Below, one piece after another: positions 1-5,954 of a stretch of DNA of 13,525 nucleotides. The position numbers and the translations under genes are program-made. This DNA comes from Myxococcales bacterium (GTDB lineage Bacteria > Myxococcota_A > Polyangia > Nannocystales > Nannocystaceae): the NCBI GenBank assembly GCA_014240065.1, contig JAAZXR010000092.1, forward strand, positions 1 through 13,525, given 5' to 3'. A model generated the notes under the pieces. That model saw only the letters and a program-made list of their open reading frames with translations. It did not search any database and was not told where the DNA came from. The stretch's first letter is position 1. The number at the start of each line of letters is the position of its first letter.

Positions 1-56
1 TGCTGGGTGCTGGGTGCTGGGTGCTGGGTGCTGGGTGCTGGGTGCTGGGTGCTGGC
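1..56. repeat. Tandem heptanucleotide repeat (TGCTGGG)x7 plus one variant copy (TGCTGGC); truncated by the window edge, so it may extend upstream
   Basis: Direct reading: tgctggg repeated head-to-tail from position 1; the G-rich strand is +, with GGG tracts separated by TGCT (G3N4 periodicity). Confidence 0.9.
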
Positions 57-183
57 GGAGCTACTCGTGCTCCACTTCTTGTCGTGCACCGTCGCGGAGT
101 CGATCCGGCTGGAGCCGCGAACTCGTGCGTCGGAGGAGATTGAACCAACTCGCGAGACAGCCGATCCCGAGAAGGAAGAGCCC

Positions 184-232
184 CTGCGCGGCGGCTCCCT
201 GCGCGGCGGCTCCCGACGCGGCGGCTCCCTGC
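184..232. repeat. 15-bp direct repeat CTGCGCGGCGGCTCC: two perfect copies (184-198, 199-213), a third with two mismatches (214-228) and a partial fourth
   Basis: Direct reading of lines 181-240; lies upstream of the lipoprotein gene at 386. Confidence 0.85.
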
Positions 233-350
233 CCAGCACGGCAGTTGTGGCCATCGTTGCCTGCGAAATACGACAGGCCTGGTCCGGTAGGTCCGTCGCA
301 CCGGAGCGAGGACATCCTTCGCGCCGAGCGGGAAGAACGAAAGGGGGTGA

Positions 351-389
351 ATGTGCGTTGCCGACAGATGCGATATTGTTTGTCCATGA
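351..389 (+). CDS. Candidate leader/upstream ORF of 12 codons (MCVADRCDIVCP) whose TGA overlaps the ATG of the downstream lipoprotein gene (ATGA)
   Basis: AAGGGGGTGA at 341-350 matches the extended Shine-Dalgarno AAGGAGGTGA at 9 of 10 positions, 3 nt before ATG 351. Frame: atg tgc gtt gcc gac aga tgc gat att gtt tgt cca tga. The downstream ATG at 386 has no SD of its own. Confidence 0.25.
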   Translation: MCVADRCDIVCP

Positions 390-1021
390 TCCCCTCCATC
401 CATGATCTTCCAAAGCGCCTCGGTCTATTCGCGTTAGGAGCGGCGCTGTTCATGGCGAGCGCATGCGCCGAAGCGAGCGACGCCTCGAGCGCGGCACAAC
501 CCGCGCCGGCGAAGGAGGCCGCGCCAGCGAAGGAGGCCGCGCCGGCGAAGGAGGCCGCGCCGGCGAAGGAGGCCGCGCCGGCGAAGGAGGCCGCGCCGGC
601 GAAGGAGGCCGCGTCCGCGAAGGGGACCGCGCCCGTGAAGGGGGTCAAGCCTTCGGAGAGGGTCAAGCCGAAGGCTGCGCCGAAAGGTCCAGCCCCGACT
701 CGCCGGTCCTCGCCGAAAATTCTTCCCCTTGAGGATGGCGACCCCAAGACCGTCCTCATCGACCAAGGCCGAACCAAGATGGTCGGGACGCTCAAAACCT
801 CGAGTGTTTCTTGCTCCAGTGACGGGGATTGCATGCGCGACTGCGGCTGCCACCCCTCGTCGTGCGTCTCTGTTCAAGAGGGGAGCGCGTGCACGCCGGG
901 CATGTGCACCGCCAACTGTCCGCTCAACACCATGTCGTGTGGGGGAGGGTGCTTGTGCCGGGCCGGCAAGTGCACCGCGGTGCTGGTAACAGACCTCAAC
1001 TACACGCCCTCGTCCAAGTAG
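386..1021 (+). CDS. Secreted/lipoprotein: signal peptide (MIPSIHDLPKRLGLFALGAALFMASAC), (AKEAAP)x6-7 Ala/Pro/Lys/Glu linker, C-terminal 12-Cys module (about 55 aa). ATG 368 is an alternative in-frame start
   Basis: Frame of track ORF 14..1021 with high GC3. N-terminus has an n-region (KR), an h-region and Cys after ASA (lipobox-like). C-terminus reads CSSDGDCMRDCGCHPSSCVSVQEGSACTPGMCTANCPLNTMSCGGGCLCRAGKC. The opposite-strand ORFs are Arg-rich shadows. Confidence 0.7.
   Translation: MIPSIHDLPKRLGLFALGAALFMASACAEASDASSAAQPAPAKEAAPAKEAAPAKEAAPAKEAAPAKEAAPAKEAASAKGTAPVKGVKPSERVKPKAAPKGPAPTRRSSPKILPLEDGDPKTVLIDQGRTKMVGTLKTSSVSCSSDGDCMRDCGCHPSSCVSVQEGSACTPGMCTANCPLNTMSCGGGCLCRAGKCTAVLVTDLNYTPSSK
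506..631 (+). repeat. 18-bp coding tandem repeat (CCGGCGAAGGAGGCCGCG). Six copies are identical apart from one CCA/CCG change, and degenerate copies follow to about 667. Encodes the (PAKEAA)n linker
   Basis: Direct reading: near-identical nucleotide copies at the 5' end decay toward the 3' end (SAKGTA, PVKGVK, PSERVK). Confidence 0.9.
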
Positions 1022-1060
1022 CGCGCGGCCCACGGGTCGGTGTGTGGAGGTGTGCTCCGT

Positions 1061-1080
1061 GCACAAATCAAATTTTGTAA
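1061..1080. promoter_or_regulatory. Small AT-rich element with inverted repeat ACAAA-N6-TTTGT in the 95-bp intergenic region upstream of the lipoprotein gene at 1117
   Basis: gcACAAAtcaaatTTTGTaac lies in an otherwise GC-rich spacer. Candidate promoter or operator; nothing more can be said from sequence. Confidence 0.2.
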
Positions 1081-1116
1081 CGACCCTCGACCGTTGTTCC
1101 GTGCGAGAATTGGCCC

Positions 1117-2532
1117 ATGAGGTTGTTGAACACCCGCGTCGGTTTTGCACTCTGGTTGGCCCCTGTGGCGGTCGCACTCGTCGGCTGTAGTGGAGGAGAA
1201 CCCGACCCCGCCGCTCAAAGCGTGCTCGACGGAGAACCCCCCTCGCTTCGCTCGTGGAGCGGCGCGGCAAACTGCTGCGGCGAAGATCCTCATCCCGTTC
1301 ACGGCGCCACCTTGGCGGATGGCTCGGTGGTCATGGTTGGAAAGGCGGCGGCGAGCGGGGAGCAGACGGCGGGCTTTATCACCCACTGGGCTGCGCCAGA
1401 GGGACCCGCTTACGGGAACTTTGTGGATGACGCAGGCGGGATCATCCTCCATACAATGACGCTCGAGCCCGATTCGTCGCTGCTGCAGGTGGCGAGCGCG
1501 GGAGACCTCGTGGTGGCAGTGGGGTTTCAGGCGGCGTCCGGGGGAGAAACGGCACACGGGGTGGTGCTCGCGCTGGACGCCGCGACTTTCGATGTGCGCG
1601 CGCAGCTTCGAGTCGACGCGCCCCAGGTCGGGGAGTCGACGGCGCTCGAGTCCGTGCTCGTCACGACCGATGGGCGCGTCGTGGTGGGTGGCGCGTGGGG
1701 CCTCGCGCGGGAACAGATGGAGGGCTTTAAGTCCTACGGGAACGTGGTCGGCGGGCAGGGCGTCGTCATGGAGTTTGAGCTCGCCGCGTGGCTCTCCGCT
1801 GCCGAGGGGGGCGCCGTCGCCACGCCGGCAGACGTGTCAGCGGTGAGTCGGGAGATTCCAGAGACGTTCTCTGTCAAGAGCATGCGGCGGTGGTCGGACG
1901 GGAGCGTGGTCGCGGTGGCCAGCGACCTCGACGAGCGAAGCGGCGTGCTCTGGGTGGACGCGGGGCTGACGGGTCATCGGTGGATGCCCTACGCCGAGGG
2001 CATCGAGCTCACCGACGTCTCTGTGTTCACGGGGCTCGACCAAGGCGACGCCATCGCGGTCGTGGGCCACGGCGGATCCAACACCATCGACGGCCACGCC
2101 GCGCTCATGGACACGCAAGGGGCTGTGATGTGGACCGCCACGTTCGGGAACCCGGGGCTGGACGCGAGCGAGGTGCCCGACGGCGGGCTCGCGCCCGACA
2201 AGCTCATCTTTGACGAGTGTTGGGGCGTCGCGCAGCGCGGCGCGAGCCTGGTGGTGGCGTGCGGGACTGGGATCGAGGGCTGCGGTGCCGTGGAAGCGAC
2301 CGCCAGCGAACAGCAAGCCTGCGAGGGGGACCCGCGCCGGAGTTGGCGCAGCTACCTCGTGGCGGTGGATGGCGCCGGCGAGGTGCTGTGGAGTCGCGCC
2401 GACTCCTTCGTCGAGTCCACGGGGGAGGCGTCGGAGAGCGCCGCGGAGTTCGTGGTGGTCGACGCCGCCGGAGATATCTACGCCATCATCGATCAGGTGT
2501 TCGGGGTCGGCCTCGCGCGCTTCGGCAGCTGA
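1117..2532 (+). CDS. Lipoprotein (signal peptide ending LVGC|SGG) with at least five spaced DG-x-VV-x-VG-like motifs, suggesting a beta-propeller-type repeat fold; function unknown
   Basis: Track ORF 1117..2532 with a canonical lipobox L-V-G-C. Recurrent motifs: DGSVVMVG, GDLVVAVG, DGRVVVGG, DGSVVAVA, GDAIAVVGHGG, AGDIYAII. High GC3. Confidence 0.75.
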   Translation: MRLLNTRVGFALWLAPVAVALVGCSGGEPDPAAQSVLDGEPPSLRSWSGAANCCGEDPHPVHGATLADGSVVMVGKAAASGEQTAGFITHWAAPEGPAYGNFVDDAGGIILHTMTLEPDSSLLQVASAGDLVVAVGFQAASGGETAHGVVLALDAATFDVRAQLRVDAPQVGESTALESVLVTTDGRVVVGGAWGLAREQMEGFKSYGNVVGGQGVVMEFELAAWLSAAEGGAVATPADVSAVSREIPETFSVKSMRRWSDGSVVAVASDLDERSGVLWVDAGLTGHRWMPYAEGIELTDVSVFTGLDQGDAIAVVGHGGSNTIDGHAALMDTQGAVMWTATFGNPGLDASEVPDGGLAPDKLIFDECWGVAQRGASLVVACGTGIEGCGAVEATASEQQACEGDPRRSWRSYLVAVDGAGEVLWSRADSFVESTGEASESAAEFVVVDAAGDIYAIIDQVFGVGLARFGS

Positions 2533-2545
2533 CGTCGGCGCGCCG

Positions 2546-3265
2546 TCACGGGGCGGTACCCGCGGACATCGTCTCCAGCATGGCATCGGCGACAAGCTCG
2601 GCGCCCACGGGCGTGAGGTGGATCCCGTCGCCATGGAACGCCTCCGGCTGCGTCTGCGCGGAGACAATGTCGCGACCGTCGACGAAGGTGACGCCCTCGA
2701 GACGTTCCGCCAAGGCCTGGTAGCGGGAGCTCATGATCACGAGCTCGTCTTGGCATGCGGCGAACTCACTGCCGGGGGCGGGGTCGTAGTACCCGAACAG
2801 CAACACCTTGGCGCCGTCCGCGAGGGCCGCCTCCACCAGGGTTGGCATGGCGCCAGCGAGGGTGTCTTCGCTGACGAGGGTGTCGAGCTCGTCAGCGCAA
2901 TCACATCCGCACCCCTCGTTGAGGTCGTTGGCGCCACCGTCCACGATCACCCACGACCACGGCCCGGAGGTGTACTGCTCGAGAATATCGAAATTGGAGG
3001 GGTGGTCGAGCCACGTCCCTCCCACGGCGCGGTCCTCGATCCGGGCATCCCGCGCCAAGGAGATGAAGTCGCCGACATCCCCGCATACGTCGCCGTTGAA
3101 ATCGAAGACAGAGTCGCCGACGACCACGACGGTGTCGTCTGCGGCGAGCCGTTCGAGGCTGTCACAGCGCGGGTGAGCAGCACAGCCCGCGAGCCACGCT
3201 GTCGTGGCGGCGATCATCAGCGGGGGCCAACGAGGACTTGTGGACGCCTGAGGGTGAAGACGCAT
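2546..3265 (-). CDS. SGNH/GDSL-family hydrolase lipoprotein. Start chosen at MRLHPQ... (3265); the track ORF extends to 3313
   Basis: Block I VVVGDSVFDF (GDS), block III DGGANDL (GxND), block V DGIHLTP (DxxH). N-terminus LMIAATTAWLAGC has a canonical lipobox. Convergent with the gene ending at 2532, with a 13-bp gap. Confidence 0.8.
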   Translation of the reverse strand: MRLHPQASTSPRWPPLMIAATTAWLAGCAAHPRCDSLERLAADDTVVVVGDSVFDFNGDVCGDVGDFISLARDARIEDRAVGGTWLDHPSNFDILEQYTSGPWSWVIVDGGANDLNEGCGCDCADELDTLVSEDTLAGAMPTLVEAALADGAKVLLFGYYDPAPGSEFAACQDELVIMSSRYQALAERLEGVTFVDGRDIVSAQTQPEAFHGDGIHLTPVGAELVADAMLETMSAGTAP

Positions 3266-3314
3266 GGAGGCACGATACTGAGCGCTGCCTGGACTCGCAA
3301 CGCACCGGCGCACC

Positions 3315-3350
3315 CAGAAAAAACCGAAACCGCCTGGAGAGGCGGTTTCG
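3315..3350 (-). terminator. Rho-independent terminator downstream of tRNA-Lys: 10-bp perfect stem CGAAACCGCC/GGCGGTTTCG, 6-nt loop, followed by TTTTTT on the minus strand
   Basis: On + strand: aaaaaa(3317-3322) ccgaaaccgcc tggaga ggcggtttcg (3325-3350). On the minus strand this reads stem-loop plus U6 immediately 3' of the tRNA. Confidence 0.8.
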
Positions 3351-3353
3351 TTG

Positions 3354-3426
3354 TGAGCTCGGAAGGAATTGAACCTTCAACCCGCGGATTAAGAGTCCGC
3401 TGCTCTGCCAATTGAGCTACGAGCCC
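3354..3426 (-). tRNA. tRNA-Lys, anticodon CTT, 73 nt, CCA not encoded
   Basis: Reverse complement folds as a cloverleaf: acceptor GGGCTCG/CGAGCTC (one G-U), D-arm GCTC-AATTGGCA-GAGC, anticodon stem GCGGA/TCCGC with loop CTCTTAA (U33, CUU, A37), T-arm GAAGG-TTCAATT-CCTTC, discriminator A. Track ORF 3217..3591(-) gives the typical tRNA-derived 'LVAQLAEQ' translation. Confidence 0.9.
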
Positions 3427-3436
3427 GGGGAGGGGA

Positions 3437-3464
3437 GTTATAGACAATTTGGAGGAGATGTAAA
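3437..3464 (-). promoter_or_regulatory. Near-consensus sigma70-type promoter for tRNA-Lys: -35 TTTACA, 16-nt spacer, -10 TATAAC, about 7-10 nt upstream of the mature 5' end
   Basis: Minus-strand reading: cTTTACAtctcctccaaattgtcTATAACtcccctccGGGCTCG(tRNA). On + strand tgtaaa = 3459-3464 and gttata = 3437-3442. Confidence 0.5.
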
Positions 3465-3502
3465 GCCCCGTCCTAGCGGGCGTTCGCGGGCACGCAGAGC
3501 GC

Positions 3503-4159
3503 TCATTGGGGGGGGGAGCCCTCGGCGTCCAGCACCGGGGCGGCGGTGGCGGCCACCACCTCCTCACGCGTGACCCCGGGCGCCATCTCAAGGAGGCGGA
3601 AGGCGTTGGCTTCCCCGTCGGGGGCGAGCACGCCGAGGTCGGTGATCACGAGATTCACGCAGCGCATGGCGGTGAGCGGGAGCGTGCAGGCGTCGACGAC
3701 CTTGCTGTTTCCGTTGCGATCTCGGTGGGTCATCACCGCGATGACCCGGCGGGCGCCGGTGGCCAAATCCATGGCGCCGCCGATGCCGGCCACCTTTTTA
3801 CCGGGCACCATCCAGTTCGCGAGATCGCCTGTCACGCTCACCTGCATCGCCCCAAGCACCGCCACGTCTACGTGGCCTCCGCGGATCATCGCGAAACTCT
3901 GCGCGGAGTCGAAGGTGCTGCCGCCCTCAATGATGGTCACCGTTTGCTTGCCGGCGTTGATGATCTGCGGGTCGACCTCCTCCTCGTAGGGAAATCTGCC
4001 CATCCCGAGCAGCCCATTCTCTGAGTGCAACACCACCTTGTCCTCGGGGTTGAGGTGGTTGGCGATGAGGGTGGGGATGCCGATGCCCAGGTTGGCGACC
4101 GCGTTTGGCGGGAGTTCGCGCGACGCGCGTTCGGCGATTTCGTCTCGTGTCCAAGGCAT
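3503..4159 (-). CDS. scoB: 3-oxoacid CoA-transferase subunit B (ScoB/AtoA/PcaJ family), with no adjacent A subunit
   Basis: Track ORF protein has NLGIGIPTLIAN, SENGLLGMG, INAGKQTVT, FDSAQSFAMIRGGHVDVAVLGAMQVSVTGDLANWMVPGKKVAGIGGAMDL. It is collinear with ScoB-type B subunits from the first residue. No A-subunit-like ORF on either flank. Confidence 0.85.
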   Translation of the reverse strand: MPWTRDEIAERASRELPPNAVANLGIGIPTLIANHLNPEDKVVLHSENGLLGMGRFPYEEEVDPQIINAGKQTVTIIEGGSTFDSAQSFAMIRGGHVDVAVLGAMQVSVTGDLANWMVPGKKVAGIGGAMDLATGARRVIAVMTHRDRNGNSKVVDACTLPLTAMRCVNLVITDLGVLAPDGEANAFRLLEMAPGVTREEVVAATAAPVLDAEGSPPQ

Positions 4160-4183
4160 GGCGGGAACTGTATAGTCTCAAAG

Positions 4184-5932
4184 ATGCGAGGACTCTGGCC
4201 ATCGATTGCGGCGCTCTCCAATCACGCCGTTCAAGGCAGCGCAGTGGTCCTGGCTGGCATCGGGCTCTCCGCGTGCCTCAAGTTGCCCCCGGCCAACGCG
4301 CCGACGGGTGCCGGTGACGGGGCTTCGGTCGCGAGCGAGGGGTCGGGAGCGGTGCTCGTGCCCGCGCGCGCTGTCGCCGACCTGTATGCGCCCGGCGAAG
4401 TGCGTGGTTTCGTCTTTCAGCAAGGAGACGAGAAAATTGGGGCCTCCTACGGCCGCTACGACGGCCCGCAAACCACCGAGGCGGGAGAGGTGGAGCACCA
4501 CTTCTCCGTTCGCAACACGCTGCGGGTGCCCGGGCGCGCGGAGGTGCGAACGGAGGGCCACATGGTGCTCGATGACTCCGGCGTGCTGGTGCGAGGGTGG
4601 GAGCAAAGCGAGGCGGCGCGGCTCGAGTACGAGGTGCGAGGCGACAGCTTGATCCTTAGGGCCGGAGAAGAGCGCGAGACCCTCGCGTACGCGGCGAGCG
4701 ACGGGTTCATGGGGTTTATGTCCACCATGCATGAGGAGCTACTGTTCGCGCTGCGGCCGGTGCGAGATCAGCCGTGGACGCTCCGGGTGGTGAACTTATC
4801 AGGAGGCGGCGCGACCCCGTGGGAGGCGCGGGTGGTGGAACGCGACGGCGACACGTTGACCGTCCGCACCAGCCTCGGCGAGAAGGTGAGGCTCGCGGGC
4901 GGGAAGATCGTTGGCATCGAGGTTGTCGACGACGGCCTCCTCGTTGAATCCATCGACGCGCCCACCTTCCCCACGTGGACGGTGGAGGTGGCGGCGCCTT
5001 TGAATTATGCGCCCGCCGCAGACGCGAGCGTTGAACGGCGCGAGGTGGCGCTGGCGGGGCGGCCAGGGGAGCCGGCCCTCGCTGGCGAGGTGTTGGTCCC
5101 CCGCGACGGCGCCGAGGGGCTCCCCGCCGTGTTGTTTTTGTCCGGCAGCGGGATGACGGACCGCTACGGCTTCGCGGGGCCGCCACCGGTGGACTTTGGG
5201 AGCCACGAGATCACAGACGCGCTCGCTGAGGCGGGCTTTGTGGTGCTCCGGTACGACGAGCCTGGCCACGGCCAAAGTGAGGGCGCGCCCTTGTCGTGGG
5301 AGCGTCAACAAGAAGACGCCCGCCGAGCGCTGCGCACGTTGATGGTGCAGCCCGAGGTAGATCCCGGACGAATGCTGGTGGTGGGTCACGGAGAGGGCGG
5401 CTGGCGAGGACTGATTTTGGCCAAGGAGCGCCCGAAGGAGGTGACCGCTGTGGCGTTGCTCGGGGCCCCCGGTCGCAGCTACCGCGACACCTTCGAGCGC
5501 AACGCCGAGGCGGTCCGCAAAACGCTGAGCCCCGACGAGCGCGCGCGCGCGGTGACCCAGCACGGGCAGCTTATGGCGGCCATCGAGCGCGGGGTTGGGG
5601 TGCCGGCGGAGCTTGTGCCGCAGGCGCAATGGCTGAAGGAGGTCCTCGACGTGGACCCGGCAGCGCTGCTGCGCGGCACGAAGGCGTCCGTGCTGCTGGC
5701 CTACGGCGACAAAGATCTCGAGGTGAACGTGGGCGATGCGGTGGGGCGACTTAGACAGGCCGCCGTCGACGCGGGCACGCCGGTGAAGGTGCAGCGATTC
5801 GAGGACCTCGATCACCTGTTCAAGGTGGAGGAAAAGGAGCGCTCCACCCCCGCGAGTTATCGAGAGCGAAGGTCGGTGGATCCTGCGTTCTTGAGGGCGC
5901 TGGTGGCGTGGGCCCAGGCGCGGGTCCGCTGA
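4184..5932 (+). CDS. Lipoprotein (signal ...AGIGLSAC) with an N-terminal domain of unknown function (about 300 aa) and a C-terminal alpha/beta-hydrolase fold domain whose nucleophile-elbow position is Gly (GHGEGG). Probable start 4184; the track ORF begins 4025
   Basis: Oxyanion-region LFLSGSGM; about 85 aa later VVGHGEGGW where GHSxGG is expected; acid YGDKDLEV; His LDHLF. The MRG start at 4184 gives the signal peptide, whereas the upstream part of the track ORF overlaps scoB on the other strand. Confidence 0.7.
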   Translation: MRGLWPSIAALSNHAVQGSAVVLAGIGLSACLKLPPANAPTGAGDGASVASEGSGAVLVPARAVADLYAPGEVRGFVFQQGDEKIGASYGRYDGPQTTEAGEVEHHFSVRNTLRVPGRAEVRTEGHMVLDDSGVLVRGWEQSEAARLEYEVRGDSLILRAGEERETLAYAASDGFMGFMSTMHEELLFALRPVRDQPWTLRVVNLSGGGATPWEARVVERDGDTLTVRTSLGEKVRLAGGKIVGIEVVDDGLLVESIDAPTFPTWTVEVAAPLNYAPAADASVERREVALAGRPGEPALAGEVLVPRDGAEGLPAVLFLSGSGMTDRYGFAGPPPVDFGSHEITDALAEAGFVVLRYDEPGHGQSEGAPLSWERQQEDARRALRTLMVQPEVDPGRMLVVGHGEGGWRGLILAKERPKEVTAVALLGAPGRSYRDTFERNAEAVRKTLSPDERARAVTQHGQLMAAIERGVGVPAELVPQAQWLKEVLDVDPAALLRGTKASVLLAYGDKDLEVNVGDAVGRLRQAAVDAGTPVKVQRFEDLDHLFKVEEKERSTPASYRERRSVDPAFLRALVAWAQARVR

Positions 5933-5954
5933 GGGCCGCGGCGCGAGTCCCGTC

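Noticed and set aside
257-272. Possible sigma-54 promoter TGGCC-N-TTGC upstream of the lipoprotein gene
   Set aside because: The GG-to-GC spacing is 8 nt, not the required 10, so it is not a match.
7-405. Track ORF 7..405 (+) and the 14..385 N-terminal portion of ORF 14..1021 as real coding sequence
   Set aside because: The translation is driven by the heptamer and 15-mer repeats (LGAGCWV..., RGGSLRGGS) and has no recognisable motif. The plausible gene starts at 368/386 with a signal peptide. This part is treated as non-coding upstream region, although a short upstream gene cannot be excluded.
506-631. 18-bp direct repeats as a possible CRISPR array
   Set aside because: Units are contiguous with no spacers, in frame and inside a gene, so this is a coding VNTR and not CRISPR.
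61-1270. Minus-strand ORFs 61..834 and 434..1270 (257 and 278 aa)
   Set aside because: These are Arg/Ala-rich antisense shadow ORFs typical of high-GC DNA. The + frame carries a clear signal peptide, a periodic linker and a Cys-rich domain.
2210-3415. Track ORF 2210..3415 (+) of 401 aa, and ORFs 2217..2723, 2808..3176
   Set aside because: They are antisense to the SGNH hydrolase gene (which has clear GDS/GxND/DxxH blocks) and run through the tRNA and terminator. Composition is Arg/Gly-rich.
3217-3591. Track ORF 3217..3591 (-) of 124 aa
   Set aside because: It spans the tRNA-Lys gene and its promoter; the LVAQLAEQRTLNPRVEGSIPS stretch is the usual spurious translation of a tRNA.
4799-5815. 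Minus-strand ORF of 338 aa and + ORFs 5296..5754, 4206..4652 inside the hydrolase gene
   Set aside because: Shadow ORFs opposite or out of frame with the alpha/beta-hydrolase lipoprotein gene, with Arg-rich low-complexity translations.
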